Below are positions 9,490-19,582 of a stretch of DNA of 64,000 nt, piece after piece; position 1 is the first letter of the stretch; every line of letters starts with the position of its first letter. Position numbers and translations under genes: made by a program. This stretch comes from a virus: IMG/VR virus record IMGVR_UViG_3300037258_000279, positions 1-64,000 of that record. The stretch is one strand, 5' to 3'. The notes beneath the pieces are model-generated. The model saw only the letters and a list, made by a program, of their open reading frames with translations, made no database searches and was not told the DNA's origin.

Positions 9490-10617
9490 ATGGCAAAGTT
9501 CAAAGTAGGTGATCCCGTCTTTTATCGCGGTGCCTGGGGAACCGAAGCCCCGCGCGCTTGCCTCATCACCGGCATCGGCGAGAAGAACGGCCGGGTGGTC
9601 TACGACAACGATCTGCCGCATTGGGGCTACGAGGATCAGTACGCGGCCGCCCTGGGTGTCGATCTCATCACCGCCGGCATGATTAGCGCCGCCGTCGCGA
9701 CGCCCGACCTTGATGACGCGCTCGCGCCGCTCATGGCAAAAGCCAGGATCGAGGCTGGCGACTGCGCAGCCCAAGTATTTGACGATTCTTGGCCATTACT
9801 GAGCCGCGCCGCGCGTGTGAGAGCAGTAGTGGCGTGGCTCGAGTCGGAACACTCGCAACAGCGAGAGGCGTTCAACCGCGTCGAGGGCGTCGCGGTCACG
9901 CCGGAGAAACCGACGACCGCGCCGCCCGCCATCGAAGCGACCCCGCTCGACCGGCTGCTGTACGAATCGTCCGTGCTGCGGGCCGTTCTGCGCGCCCTTT
10001 TCGAATATGTCAACGCGAATAGCGAGCGCATCGTTAACGCGACCGGGGAATTGCCGACGCACAACGCTTTGCTGGACGACGCCAAGGCCGCGCTGGACGA
10101 AGCCTCGAAAGACGCAACCGTTGTCGAACACCCGCTTGCCAAGCTCGCGCGCAACATGGCCGACCGGATGCGCGAGATTGATTCGCTGAAGGACCGCTAC
10201 GGCGAAGCTCTGCCGCCGACAGGCGAAACCTACAACTCGCTTTGGGATGCGATCCTCGACGAGTTCAAGGCCGCTGGCGTCGATCTGGTCCCGATGCTCG
10301 AAGGTGCGAGCGAGACGATCCCCGCGCCGAAAGGCGAATATACGGCACTCGGGGTGCTGCGCGAGATTTACGGTTGGTGGAGACGCCATCGCGACGAGAA
10401 CATGCCCACGCAGATCGAGTACATGGCGGCGCAGGTGCTTGGTGAGACGCCATTGGCCGATCTGTTGCATCCATTCACCGTGTCGCTGCACGAGGACAAG
10501 GGCGACAAACACACGATCATCTTCGAGTGCCAAGCGGAGGATGCTGACCACGCCGCAGAGCAAGCGATGGACGCCTACCCGCGCGGCGAAGTCCTGAACT
10601 GCACCAAAACGGACTGA
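9490..10617 (+). CDS. hypothetical multidomain early protein
   Basis: 375 aa, GGAGG RBS. Confidence 0.75.
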   Translation: MAKFKVGDPVFYRGAWGTEAPRACLITGIGEKNGRVVYDNDLPHWGYEDQYAAALGVDLITAGMISAAVATPDLDDALAPLMAKARIEAGDCAAQVFDDSWPLLSRAARVRAVVAWLESEHSQQREAFNRVEGVAVTPEKPTTAPPAIEATPLDRLLYESSVLRAVLRALFEYVNANSERIVNATGELPTHNALLDDAKAALDEASKDATVVEHPLAKLARNMADRMREIDSLKDRYGEALPPTGETYNSLWDAILDEFKAAGVDLVPMLEGASETIPAPKGEYTALGVLREIYGWWRRHRDENMPTQIEYMAAQVLGETPLADLLHPFTVSLHEDKGDKHTIIFECQAEDADHAAEQAMDAYPRGEVLNCTKTD

Positions 10618-10689
10618 ATTTCACCACCGTGGCGCGGGCCTCGAAAACCCCGCGCCATCATGGTGCAATTCCCGGCACCTTTTTAACCG

Positions 10690-11115
10690 ATGGAGCAAAG
10701 CATGAGCCTCGTGAAACTGAAAAATAGCCTCGCTCGGTTGTTGGCGTCCAAGGTCGGCACCGATCTTCCCCACGGCACCACATTCGACACTGAACTGCGC
10801 CAAGGCCGACTCTCGGTCTACATCGCCTGTCCCGCGTTCGACCTGTTGAAGCCCGGCAAGCTCACACTCACCGATCACGGCTACCAAACCTGTATCGCCA
10901 TTTTCAGAACCGGCGAGGACAGCGACTATACCCACGATGCCGAAGCCATTAAGGCCAAGGTGCAAGAACTGTGTGCGGGATTCCTCACGAGCGAAGGTGC
11001 TACCGGCAAAGTCTATGTCGGCTTCGCGTCGTCGTGGATCGCCGCCCAAGCCCGCCGGATGCGCCAGGAAGCACAAGCCAGCGCCGCCCCTGCCGAACAT
11101 ACCGCCGCCGCCTGA
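10690..11115 (+). CDS. hypothetical protein
   Basis: 141 aa. Confidence 0.6.
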   Translation: MEQSMSLVKLKNSLARLLASKVGTDLPHGTTFDTELRQGRLSVYIACPAFDLLKPGKLTLTDHGYQTCIAIFRTGEDSDYTHDAEAIKAKVQELCAGFLTSEGATGKVYVGFASSWIAAQARRMRQEAQASAAPAEHTAAA

Positions 11116-11175
11116 TGCAGCGTGTAGCGGCTCCGCAGCGGGCCGCTATGCCGTGCAAACAGGAGCGGAAGCCAA

Positions 11176-11376
11176 ATGTCGAAATATTTGCGACCTATCG
11201 AAGATGCTAAGTGGACTGTGGTTCATCACGACTCGCGCCTTTGGGAGGCCGACGGGACGGGCATTTACGGGCCCTTCGACAAACGCGATCAAGCCTATCA
11301 CTTCATAGATGCTGAGGCTGAACGACTCGCTGTGTCGCGGTTGTTTTTCGCCGTCCTTCCAATCTGGACCCCATGA
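11176..11376 (+). CDS. hypothetical protein
   Basis: 66 aa, AGGAG RBS. Confidence 0.6.
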   Translation: MSKYLRPIEDAKWTVVHHDSRLWEADGTGIYGPFDKRDQAYHFIDAEAERLAVSRLFFAVLPIWTP

Positions 11377-11594
11377 CGTACACCCGAAGGATCGGACGAA
11401 TGGCACGACAGCTTCCACGGCTGATCTATTCGGACGCTGACTTGCCGCCCGCCGCCAAAACCGAGATCGACGCGCGCATCATCGCGCGCCGCCTCATCAA
11501 GATCGCGCGCGCGATCCAGCGGCGTTCCCCCGAAACCCGCTCGGCAGTGCTGATCCGCGCGGCGGACGACTATTACGAACATGGAGGTGCCTGA
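11373..11594 (+). CDS. hypothetical protein
   Basis: 73 aa, ATGA overlap. Confidence 0.55.
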   Translation: MTYTRRIGRMARQLPRLIYSDADLPPAAKTEIDARIIARRLIKIARAIQRRSPETRSAVLIRAADDYYEHGGA

Positions 11595-11790
11595 TATGGA
11601 CATGAGTTTTCTATGGCCTATCGCCGCCGTCGTTCTCGCCTTCGTCATCATTCTTGGCTTGGCCGGAGCGGTGTTGGCCGTCTATGCGGTCGTAACTGGT
11701 GTGCCGATTCTTGACGAGTAACCCCCTCGGCACACTGTTCGCCGACGCGCTCAAACGCTTCACCGGAAACCACAAGGAAAGTCATCGCCA

Positions 11791-12795
11791 ATGAAACCTT
11801 CGCAAATCGCCCTCGCCCTCGAAGCCTGCATCGAGGCAGATGTTCCGGCCTTGGTGAAAGGGCCTCCGGGCATTGGAAAAACATACCTCGTGCGGGAACT
11901 TGCCGCGCGTCTCAACCGGCCTTTCGTACATCTGTTTGCTGCGACCCTGGACCCCGTCGATCTGATCGGCGTCCCCTATGTCGATCGGCCCATGATCGAT
12001 GGCATCGCTGGCAATCCCGTGACGCGGTGGGCGGCGCCGGGCCTCTTGCCGCAAGAACCAAACCATATCATTCTCATCGACGAGATCGCGGCGGCCGAGC
12101 CCGCACTTCAAAAGGCGTTATTCTCCCTGATCCAGTTCGGCATGGCCGGCGATTACCGCGCACCCGAGAACACGAGTTTTATCGGGTGTGGCAATAACGA
12201 CACCGACCGCGCCGGCGTCACGCGCATGCTGACGCCCCTCAAATCGCGCCTCGTCCACCTCGACATGGAGGTCGATCACGGCGATTGGATCAAGTGGGCG
12301 CTGGCCAACGACATCCCGACCGAGATCATCGGATTCTTGAACTTCAAGCCCGGGCTCCTGCACCACTTCGATCCCAACGCTACGACGTTTCCTTGCCCGC
12401 GCACTTGGGAATTCGCCGGGCGCCTGGTGCGGAAGGGCATGCCGTCCGGCGTGCTGGAGTTGGCTATCCTCTCCGGCACCGTCGGCCAGGGCGCGGCCAT
12501 CGAGCTGACAGCGTTTCTCAAGATTTACCGCGAGTTGCCGAACGTCGACGCGATTCTGCTTAGCCCCGGCAAAGCGGAGGTGCCGAAAGACCCGACCGTG
12601 CTCTATGCCCTGTCGGCCGCACTCGCGCACCGAGCCACCCCGGCTAATTTCGAGAGCGTCGTGACCTACACCGACCGGCTGCCCAAGGAATTCGCGGTCT
12701 TGGCGACCACAATGGCAATTCGCCGCGACAACAAAATCCCGATGACGCGCGCCTTCTCGCAATGGGCCGCGAACAACCAGGACGTTCTTGCCTAG
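11791..12795 (+). CDS. MoxR-like AAA+ ATPase
   Basis: Walker A GPPGIGKT, DPVDLIGVP, Walker B ILIDE, CGN..DRAG, CPRTWE. Confidence 0.9.
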   Translation: MKPSQIALALEACIEADVPALVKGPPGIGKTYLVRELAARLNRPFVHLFAATLDPVDLIGVPYVDRPMIDGIAGNPVTRWAAPGLLPQEPNHIILIDEIAAAEPALQKALFSLIQFGMAGDYRAPENTSFIGCGNNDTDRAGVTRMLTPLKSRLVHLDMEVDHGDWIKWALANDIPTEIIGFLNFKPGLLHHFDPNATTFPCPRTWEFAGRLVRKGMPSGVLELAILSGTVGQGAAIELTAFLKIYRELPNVDAILLSPGKAEVPKDPTVLYALSAALAHRATPANFESVVTYTDRLPKEFAVLATTMAIRRDNKIPMTRAFSQWAANNQDVLA

Positions 12796-12824
12796 ATTCC
12801 TATCAAATAAGGAGACAGAAACCC

Positions 12825-13721
12825 ATGCCCGATGTCACCGAACGCGCGATGCTGGCGCGCCTCACGATCCACCAGTGGCAGGCCCGGAAGCACGACCGGA
12901 AGGCAACTCAGGCCGTCGCGGACGCCAACGCCGCGCGCTACGAGGCAGGCCGCTACATGAAGCGGCTCGTCGCCAAGGAATCGCTCGTCAAGATTGGTGC
13001 CGCCGCCGGCGAGCTGCGGCGGTATTTCACCGAGAACACGTTACCTTGGTTGGATGAGGGGCAGCGCATTCTACCGTCGCCGGAGTATTTGCGCGTGGCC
13101 CAGGGCGTCCGCGAGCGCCGCGTGCCGTTCGATAGCGAGGTGCGCGCCTTCATCGACGCCTATCCCGCGCTGCGCGACGCGGCGCCCTTGATGCTCGGCA
13201 ATATGTTTCATGAGGCGGACTATCCGGCCTTCGACGAAATCATGGCCAAGTTCGGCGTCGAATTCCGCGTGGCCCCCGTGCCGTTGGGCAAGGACTTCCG
13301 CGTCGGGCTCGACCAGGACTTGGAGCAAGAACTTCGCGCCCAGGTCACGCAGGACACGACCAACGCGCTCGCCGAGGCCCATCGCTCCCTGTGGCTGCGC
13401 GTCCACGAGACAGTCATCAACACCGTCAACCGGCTCAAAGCCTACGAGGTGGATGCGGACGGTAAGGTGATTCACACCTTCCGCGATTCGGCGATCGGCA
13501 ATTTGCGGGAGCTGGTGGACTTGCTCCCCCGGCTCAATATCGCGGGCGACACCGACCTTGATCGCATGTGCCAGCGGCTCCGGCAGGAGCTTTGCCAGCT
13601 TGAGCCGGAAACCCTGCGCGACAGCGAAGCCGCGCGCCAGGGCGCTATCGAGGCCGGCGGGCGCGTTCTTGCCGACATGGCTTGGCTGATCGGCCCGGCA
13701 CGTACCCAGGAGGCCGCGTGA
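12825..13721 (+). CDS. DUF3150-like protein of phage AAA/VWA modules
   Basis: start MPDVTE after AGGAG; TLPW.D.G.RILP, FRDS.I.NL..L..LLP.LN; position between AAA and VWA genes. Confidence 0.7.
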   Translation: MPDVTERAMLARLTIHQWQARKHDRKATQAVADANAARYEAGRYMKRLVAKESLVKIGAAAGELRRYFTENTLPWLDEGQRILPSPEYLRVAQGVRERRVPFDSEVRAFIDAYPALRDAAPLMLGNMFHEADYPAFDEIMAKFGVEFRVAPVPLGKDFRVGLDQDLEQELRAQVTQDTTNALAEAHRSLWLRVHETVINTVNRLKAYEVDADGKVIHTFRDSAIGNLRELVDLLPRLNIAGDTDLDRMCQRLRQELCQLEPETLRDSEAARQGAIEAGGRVLADMAWLIGPARTQEAA

Positions 13722-13920
13722 TGAAGCTCTTGGAAGGGCGACTTCTCATTGCCACGGCTCCAAAGGACGGCACACCGCGCTGCGATGACCGTAGCGTGAT
13801 CGGTGAGCCAGGACACAAAGAGAATCCCTATATTGGTTTTGGCGTAATTTTTTCACTGTTTGTTGTGGGAGGATTGATCTTCTGGCGCGCTAATCGATGG
13901 GTTAACCGGCAATGACCATC

Positions 13921-14175
13921 TCAGCACCCCTTCATCGCCTCGCCGAAGATGTCATCAACGTTCCGGTTGTTATACCGGAACTGAAATTCCGCCACGTAGA
14001 GCGGCATATATTTTCGGCTCATCTTGTGGAACGTGCCGACCGTGCCGCGCTTGAAGATCGACCAGAAGCCTTCAATCGTGTTGGTGTGAACCGCGCCGAC
14101 AACATACTGCCCGGCGGCGTGATTGATTGTTTCGTGCTGCGGAAATTCTTTGTTCAAATGCTTGTAGCCAACCCA
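13921..14175 (-). pseudogene. IS1595-family (ISXO2-like) transposase, C-terminal fragment
   Basis: GY..L...H.TINH...YV.G.VHTNTIEGFWSIFKR..GTFHKMS.KY..LYVAEFQFRYNNR; N-terminal part absent. Confidence 0.85.
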
Positions 14176-14456
14176 AGGAATGGCAGGCGTACCCGCTCCG
14201 ATGGACGATTGGACCGCCAAAGTTTATTCCCGACCCCACGCATTGGGAGCCAATCAAAGAACGCGCGTAACTTTTATCTTGAAATAGCTTTACAGCGGCG
14301 CATCGGGTTCTTATATTTTCCCCTGGTGCGCCGTTTTTGCACCCGGAATCCCTCGGCATCCCCCTGCCCCGGAGGTTCCGCGTTTCCGACAGGCCGGCGC
14401 CGTTGCCCTCCGTGGCGGCGCCGGCCACTCTCGGGGGAGAAGGCAGGGGAGCCTCG

Positions 14457-14897
14457 ATGGACGATAAGCCGCTCACCACCGCCCGCGCTGTCGGCGAAGC
14501 TGTACTGGCACTCCCGAAGGAAAAGCCCGACGCACAAATGAGCCGGATCACGGCCTTGATCGCGGAAATAGAATCGCGCCCGGGCGGCTTTTCTTTTCGT
14601 TCTCAAGAAGCGCCGGCGCCAGAAGGTGTTAAAGCGATTCTCGACTGGTGCATCAAACACGAAATTCTGGTGACGGATGGGGCTGCACTGATCTCTGGCG
14701 CCGCCGGATCGTGCCTTCCTATCCTGGTACAAATGTGCGCCGCGCTCAAGGTGATGAGCGACCGCAAGGACCAGGCCGTCACCTTTCGCGATGTGATCGA
14801 GACGTTCATCGGCTTTCCGTCGCACAAAGATTTCCACGACCTGTGGGACCAGCGAATCGATGTCATCGCGCTCGCCGACCCGGAGGCATGGCGATGA
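14457..14897 (+). CDS. hypothetical protein
   Basis: start MDDKPL after GGGGAG; ATGA overlap with next gene. Confidence 0.6.
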   Translation: MDDKPLTTARAVGEAVLALPKEKPDAQMSRITALIAEIESRPGGFSFRSQEAPAPEGVKAILDWCIKHEILVTDGAALISGAAGSCLPILVQMCAALKVMSDRKDQAVTFRDVIETFIGFPSHKDFHDLWDQRIDVIALADPEAWR

Positions 14898-16213
14898 ATA
14901 AGAGCGCTGTAGCGGCGCCGGACGCAGGCGCGTTCGCGATCTCCAAGGCGCGCAGCCAGTTGATCTTGCGCGCGCCATTTTTCGCGGTTCTGGTTCTGAA
15001 GCTCGATCCGAAACCCCATCGTGGCGTCGAGACATGCGCAACCGACGGTAATCGGCTTTGGTACAATCCAAAATGGGCCGCAGAGACTAGCCTCGACGAA
15101 CTCGTTGGCGTGCTGGCCCAGAAGGCCATGCGCGTCGCACTCGGGCATCCTTGGCGCCGGGGCGGCCGTGAGCAAGCCCTGTGGCAGCAAGCCGGCGACG
15201 CCGTGGTCAACCCGATCATCCGCGACAGCAAGTTCAAGTTGCCCGACAACGCGATCAACATGCCCGAATTCGAGGGCAAGTCCGCCGAGGAAGCCTACTC
15301 GGTTTTGTTGAAGCGCCAGCCGCCGCGGGACGAGAACGGCTCCCAGAAGCCGGAACAGGGCACGGGGCGCGGGCCCGGACAAAGCGGCGGTCAAAATCCG
15401 CCAAACCCGCAACAAGACGACGGAAGCAGCCCACCCCAAGAAGGACAAGGCGACGGACAAAGCGACGGGCCTCCGGGCGGCTTTGGCGGCGATTGTGGCG
15501 GCTGCGGCGAGATCCTCGACCAGCGCCACGAGGACGGTTCGGCGATGACCGAGTCTGAGCGCGACGAGGCCGAACAGGACTGGAAGGTCACGGCGATGCA
15601 GGCAGCGGCAATCGCTAAGTCCGCCGGCCAAATGCCCGGGAACCTTGAACGTCTGTTCGAGGAAGCCGAAAAGCCCAAGCTGGACTGGCGCTCGATGCTG
15701 CGCCGCTTCATGCAGGGCAAGAGACATGACGATTTCTCATGGCGCCGGCCTAACCGGCGCTTCATCGGTCGCGGTCTTTACCTGCCGTCGCGCGAGAACC
15801 CCGGCCCGGGCGAGATCGCCGTGGCGATCGACACGTCAGGCTCGATCAGTTCGCGCGAGCTGGCGGCGTTCTCGGCCGAGCTTAACGCCATCCTCGACGA
15901 GGTGAAGCCGAAACTGCTGCGCGTCATCTACTGCGACGCGGCGGTCAACGGCGTCGAGGAATACACGCCCGACGACTACCCGGTTAAGCTCAAGGCGATT
16001 GGTGGCGGCGGTACGTCGTTCAAGCCGGTATTCCAATGGCTCGCAAAGAATGAAGCCGCGCCGGAGGCCGTTATTTACCTTACCGACCTCGAAGGATACG
16101 GCGACGCCTTCGGGCCGGAATCTCCGTGGCCGACCTTGTGGATCACCACGGCGCGGGAAGAGGCACCATGGGGTGAAATCGCCCGGCTCGATCTCGAAAA
16201 GGTGGAGGCGTAA
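14894..16213 (+). CDS. DUF2201-type VWA protein with degenerate metallopeptidase domain
   Basis: TCATDG..LWYNP, SWRRPNRR, VAIDTSGSI, GGGGTSF, YLTDL; HExxH position reads QKAMR. Confidence 0.88.
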   Translation: MNKSAVAAPDAGAFAISKARSQLILRAPFFAVLVLKLDPKPHRGVETCATDGNRLWYNPKWAAETSLDELVGVLAQKAMRVALGHPWRRGGREQALWQQAGDAVVNPIIRDSKFKLPDNAINMPEFEGKSAEEAYSVLLKRQPPRDENGSQKPEQGTGRGPGQSGGQNPPNPQQDDGSSPPQEGQGDGQSDGPPGGFGGDCGGCGEILDQRHEDGSAMTESERDEAEQDWKVTAMQAAAIAKSAGQMPGNLERLFEEAEKPKLDWRSMLRRFMQGKRHDDFSWRRPNRRFIGRGLYLPSRENPGPGEIAVAIDTSGSISSRELAAFSAELNAILDEVKPKLLRVIYCDAAVNGVEEYTPDDYPVKLKAIGGGGTSFKPVFQWLAKNEAAPEAVIYLTDLEGYGDAFGPESPWPTLWITTAREEAPWGEIARLDLEKVEA

Positions 16214-16242
16214 GTGGCTGCCGCGCACCCCGAACAAACCAC

Positions 16243-16743
16243 ATGAATGTAGACGCCCGCATCCTCGCCGCTCACCAGTGGGCGGCCGACCACGCGACCA
16301 AGCGGTTCGGCGTCACCTGTTACGGCCTGTGCCGCCAGACCGTCATGGGGATGATCGCTGGCCAGGCGGCCTGGACGTACATGATGGTTTTCGCTCCAAA
16401 CTTTCATCAAATGCCAATTTGGCATAGCGCGATCATTCTTGTCGCTTCATGGGGATGGGTTGGCTTGATCGGATACCGCCAGTGGCGTGAGGCCGCGAGG
16501 CTGGAAGCCGCGATGTTGGCATGTCGGCCAGCCCTTTCTTACCTCGCAAGAGTCGGCCGGATACGCTTGGTATGGGTCGTCATGGGGACGATTTTTTTCC
16601 CGATCTTCAGGACGGAGATGGCCGCGATTACGTCAATCGAGTATCTGCTGGTCGCATCGGGCATTTACTGGCTCGCCTGCCGCCCGATGATGCCGCAACC
16701 GAAAACCGCCAAGGCGCCAGCTCGCGCGCTCCCACAAGCATGA
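16243..16743 (+). CDS. membrane protein
   Basis: 166 aa, about four hydrophobic segments. Confidence 0.65.
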   Translation: MNVDARILAAHQWAADHATKRFGVTCYGLCRQTVMGMIAGQAAWTYMMVFAPNFHQMPIWHSAIILVASWGWVGLIGYRQWREAARLEAAMLACRPALSYLARVGRIRLVWVVMGTIFFPIFRTEMAAITSIEYLLVASGIYWLACRPMMPQPKTAKAPARALPQA

Positions 16744-16762
16744 TCGTCGAAGAGGTGGAGGC

Positions 16763-17014
16763 ATGACGAAACGCCGCCCTGGCTGGCCTCGCCTACAACG
16801 CGATTGGGTGGGGCTTCGCGTGAGGACCACGCGCGACGTCAACAGCGGCCTGATGTTGGTGCCGAAGGGTACGTTTTGCACCATCAAGGCCGTCTCGGTC
16901 GGCTCGTGCAGAATATCGGCCGATCCCTGTAAGGGCGATTATGCACCTGTTGACTTGTGCCGGAATGCTGTCCTAAAAAGTCTCCGACAGGCCGTTACTG
17001 CGGGGGGCGTCTAG
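16763..17014 (+). CDS. hypothetical protein, possibly interrupted near 16934
   Basis: GGAGG RBS; IS-end-like GGCGATTATG at 16934. Confidence 0.5.
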   Translation: MTKRRPGWPRLQRDWVGLRVRTTRDVNSGLMLVPKGTFCTIKAVSVGSCRISADPCKGDYAPVDLCRNAVLKSLRQAVTAGGV

Positions 17015-17024
17015 ATGGGCGCTC

Positions 17025-17405
17025 TCAGATGGGTTCGGAGAAGTTTTTGCTGGCTTTCAGGACGCGCAGAATCTCGTCCTGAACTTCTTTCTGCTTTGCA
17101 GCAATATCTCCGTGCACTTGGGGTGAATAGAACTGGTCAATATCAACCTGCTCTAACTGCCGATAACCAAGTTCCCGCGCCATCACAGATAGAAGCGATA
17201 GATATTGATGATTCCAAGTCGCCTGAGGCATCGGGTGTATCTGCGCCGTCTGAAATAGATTGTGCCACGCTGCAACTACTGCCGGATTTTTCGCAAACAC
17301 CACATCGATTAGGTTTAAGGCATTCACCCATTCAGCCGCTGGTGGATTGGATTTTCTATGGGCCATAAGCGTCAGAAAAAGGCGCTGTTTAGCGGCTCTT
17401 TTTTC
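17025..17405 (-). pseudogene. DUF6680-like gene, probably 5'-truncated
   Basis: frame stays open upstream of the Met as EKRAAKQRLFLTLMAHR; ALNLIDVVF..VVAAW..LLSVMARELGY..YSP; lower GC, opposite strand. Confidence 0.55.
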
Positions 17406-17536
17406 GTCACCATCAATCGCGGCGGCGCCAAGATGTCTCCAACCGTGCCGCTGTGGAAGTGGCGCCTCGACATGCCCTATTTCTTCGCTCTGGGCACTCT
17501 CTTCGGCTGCATCATCAGTTTCGCTGTCCGGATGTT

Positions 17537-17824
17537 ATGACCGAGACCGAAGCCGCGCGCGTGCTCCAAGCGATCGCCAACACGCTCGGTACGAAGATGC
17601 GCCTGCGCCGGGTAATGGTCTTTCAATATCAGGGGATCGACAAATCCGGCATGCAACCGATCGGGCTGGCCCTTCTCAAGACAGATGCCGATTACGGCAC
17701 GGTCTACGAGCGCACGCCAACATGGACATGGACCGGTGGAGACAAGGAGATCATCTACCGCGCGCCCAAGGAAATGGTGAGCGCGGGGAAGGCGGTTATG
17801 TTCGGCGCCGTGAATCTATCATGA
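17537..17824 (+). CDS. hypothetical protein
   Basis: start MTETEA. Confidence 0.55.
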   Translation: MTETEAARVLQAIANTLGTKMRLRRVMVFQYQGIDKSGMQPIGLALLKTDADYGTVYERTPTWTWTGGDKEIIYRAPKEMVSAGKAVMFGAVNLS

Positions 17825-18150
17825 TCGCCGAAAAGCCCCTCATCTTCCGCTCGCCCCGGATCGCCCAAGAACACATGGAAACGATGGCGCAATTCATGGG
17901 CAAGCACGTCATGGCCGTGCTCCACGCCAATACCATCGTGGCCTACTCGATCGGTGCGCCCGCGCTCGACGAAGTCACTTGGTTCTGCGACGTGCCGCGA
18001 TCGTTTACCCTCGGCGGCGCGGGCCAGATCACCACGTTGCGCGCCATCACCTATCGCCACTGGCGCCGCGACTTCCTGGAGAAATACGGCGGCGGCGAAA
18101 TCGTGATCCGCCGCGCGGCCTCTTCGGCTTCCGCCGTCTATCACGTGTAA
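17821..18150 (+). CDS. hypothetical protein
   Basis: start MIAEKP, ATGA overlap. Confidence 0.6.
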   Translation: MIAEKPLIFRSPRIAQEHMETMAQFMGKHVMAVLHANTIVAYSIGAPALDEVTWFCDVPRSFTLGGAGQITTLRAITYRHWRRDFLEKYGGGEIVIRRAASSASAVYHV

Positions 18151-18156
18151 ACGCTC

Positions 18157-18585
18157 GTGAGTGACGACGAGAAACTCCGCGATGATCGCCAAGACCTGAT
18201 CGACGCCATGCAGGCTATCATCGCCGTGCTCGACGGCGTCGAGGGCGAGCTCCCCGCGAAAATCCGCGACTTGGCGCACAAGCCATTCGTCGCGATCGCG
18301 CTGCGCCGGCTCCTGGTCGAGGAAGACACAATAAAGAAAAAGATCGAAGACGACGAGGTCGAAGCACGCGCGCGGCTTCACGTGTATCAACAACACATGC
18401 GGCCGGGCACTGACAATGGCATTCAGTGGGCCGCCCTTGGGCAGCAGATGATGGAGCGGGCGCCGCAAATGCCTCACACCTGCCCGAAGTGCGACGCGAC
18501 CTATGCGACCAGCGGCCCGAGCCGGCACTGTATCATCTGCAACGAGTTGATTGTGAGATCTAGGACTTTTTTGCCAGCGGCATGA
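18157..18585 (+). CDS. hypothetical protein with C-terminal Zn ribbon
   Basis: CPKC...CIIC. Confidence 0.6.
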   Translation: MSDDEKLRDDRQDLIDAMQAIIAVLDGVEGELPAKIRDLAHKPFVAIALRRLLVEEDTIKKKIEDDEVEARARLHVYQQHMRPGTDNGIQWAALGQQMMERAPQMPHTCPKCDATYATSGPSRHCIICNELIVRSRTFLPAA

Positions 18586-18721
18586 TCTTCTCGATCTGGC
18601 GCACCAGATAGGCGTTAACCGATAGGTGCTCGCCGGCCGCCAGACGCTCGATCCGGCGCTTCAACGCCGGCGACATGCGCAAGTAGACACCCTCGGTCGG
18701 ACCTAGGGATTTTCTATTCAT
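18560..18721 (-). CDS. Arc/HicB-like ribbon-helix-helix regulator (53 aa, not in ORF track)
   Basis: MNRKSLGPTEGVYLRMSPALKRRIERLAAGEHLSVNAYLVRQIEKIMPLAKKS; divergent from the RAMP-like gene. Confidence 0.75.
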   Translation of the reverse strand: MNRKSLGPTEGVYLRMSPALKRRIERLAAGEHLSVNAYLVRQIEKIMPLAKKS

Positions 18722-18823
18722 CTTTTGCTCACTCTCGCTCTGTCAGCATTGTGTTGCGCGATCAATTGTCCTGTGATAACACGGTGAATGTAGATTGTCA
18801 CCTGAAACAGGAGATCCACCCAC

Positions 18824-19582
18824 ATGGACGGACACGATACCAGCCTTCTCGATCGCCCCATCACGGCCAAGCGTACCACCCGGCGCGGCGGTGCCACCCC
18901 CGAGCCGGAGAACGGCGCCGCCCAAGGCGATGCGGTTAAAGCCGCGGCGGCTGCCGGCAAGACCCAGCGCATCGCTATCGAAGCGCCGAAATTCCAGACT
19001 GTCGCGCTGACCATCCGGGGCATCGTTCCCTACGTCCAGCATCGCTTCAGCCGTAAGGCCCAGAGCATCATGGAGGAAAAGCAACGCGCCGGCAGCGTCG
19101 CCAACAAGGGCAAGGCGCGCAAGGCCAAGGATTTCGACGCGCTCTACGAAGAAGCGATGTATCGGGACAACAAGGGAAATCACGGCATTCCGGCATCGGC
19201 GTTCCGCAACGCGCTGATTTCCGCATGCCGGACGGTCGGCTTCAAGATGACGATCGCCAAGATGTCGTTGTTCTGCGAGGCCGACGCGTTCGATGAGGCC
19301 GACGGCACGCCGCTCGTCCTAATCCGAAAGGGTAAGCCGGAAAAACACATGGGCGCCGTGCGGCTCGCAACTGGTGTTGCCGACATAAGTTGCCGCCCGT
19401 TGTGGCGTCCCGGCTGGGAAGCGGTGGTGCGATTGAGCTTCGACTCGGATCAGTTTTCGCCGACAGACGTGGTCAATCTTCTACACCGCGCCGGGCGTCA
19501 AGTCGGCGTTGGCGAGGGCCGTCCGGACAGCAAAGATTCGGCCGGTTGCGGTTGGGGTCAGTTCGAGATCATCAACCTTTAG
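18824..19582 (+). CDS. solo Cas7/RAMP-like protein (putative guide-RNA-binding effector)
   Basis: LTIRGIVPYVQH strand, GIPASAFRNALISA helix, C-terminal Gly-rich loop AGRQVGVGEGRP..GWGQF; AGGAG RBS. Confidence 0.78.
   Translation: MDGHDTSLLDRPITAKRTTRRGGATPEPENGAAQGDAVKAAAAAGKTQRIAIEAPKFQTVALTIRGIVPYVQHRFSRKAQSIMEEKQRAGSVANKGKARKAKDFDALYEEAMYRDNKGNHGIPASAFRNALISACRTVGFKMTIAKMSLFCEADAFDEADGTPLVLIRKGKPEKHMGAVRLATGVADISCRPLWRPGWEAVVRLSFDSDQFSPTDVVNLLHRAGRQVGVGEGRPDSKDSAGCGWGQFEIINL

Noticed and set aside
13912-14541. 209-aa plus-strand ORF
   Set aside because: Antisense shadow of the IS1595 transposase fragment
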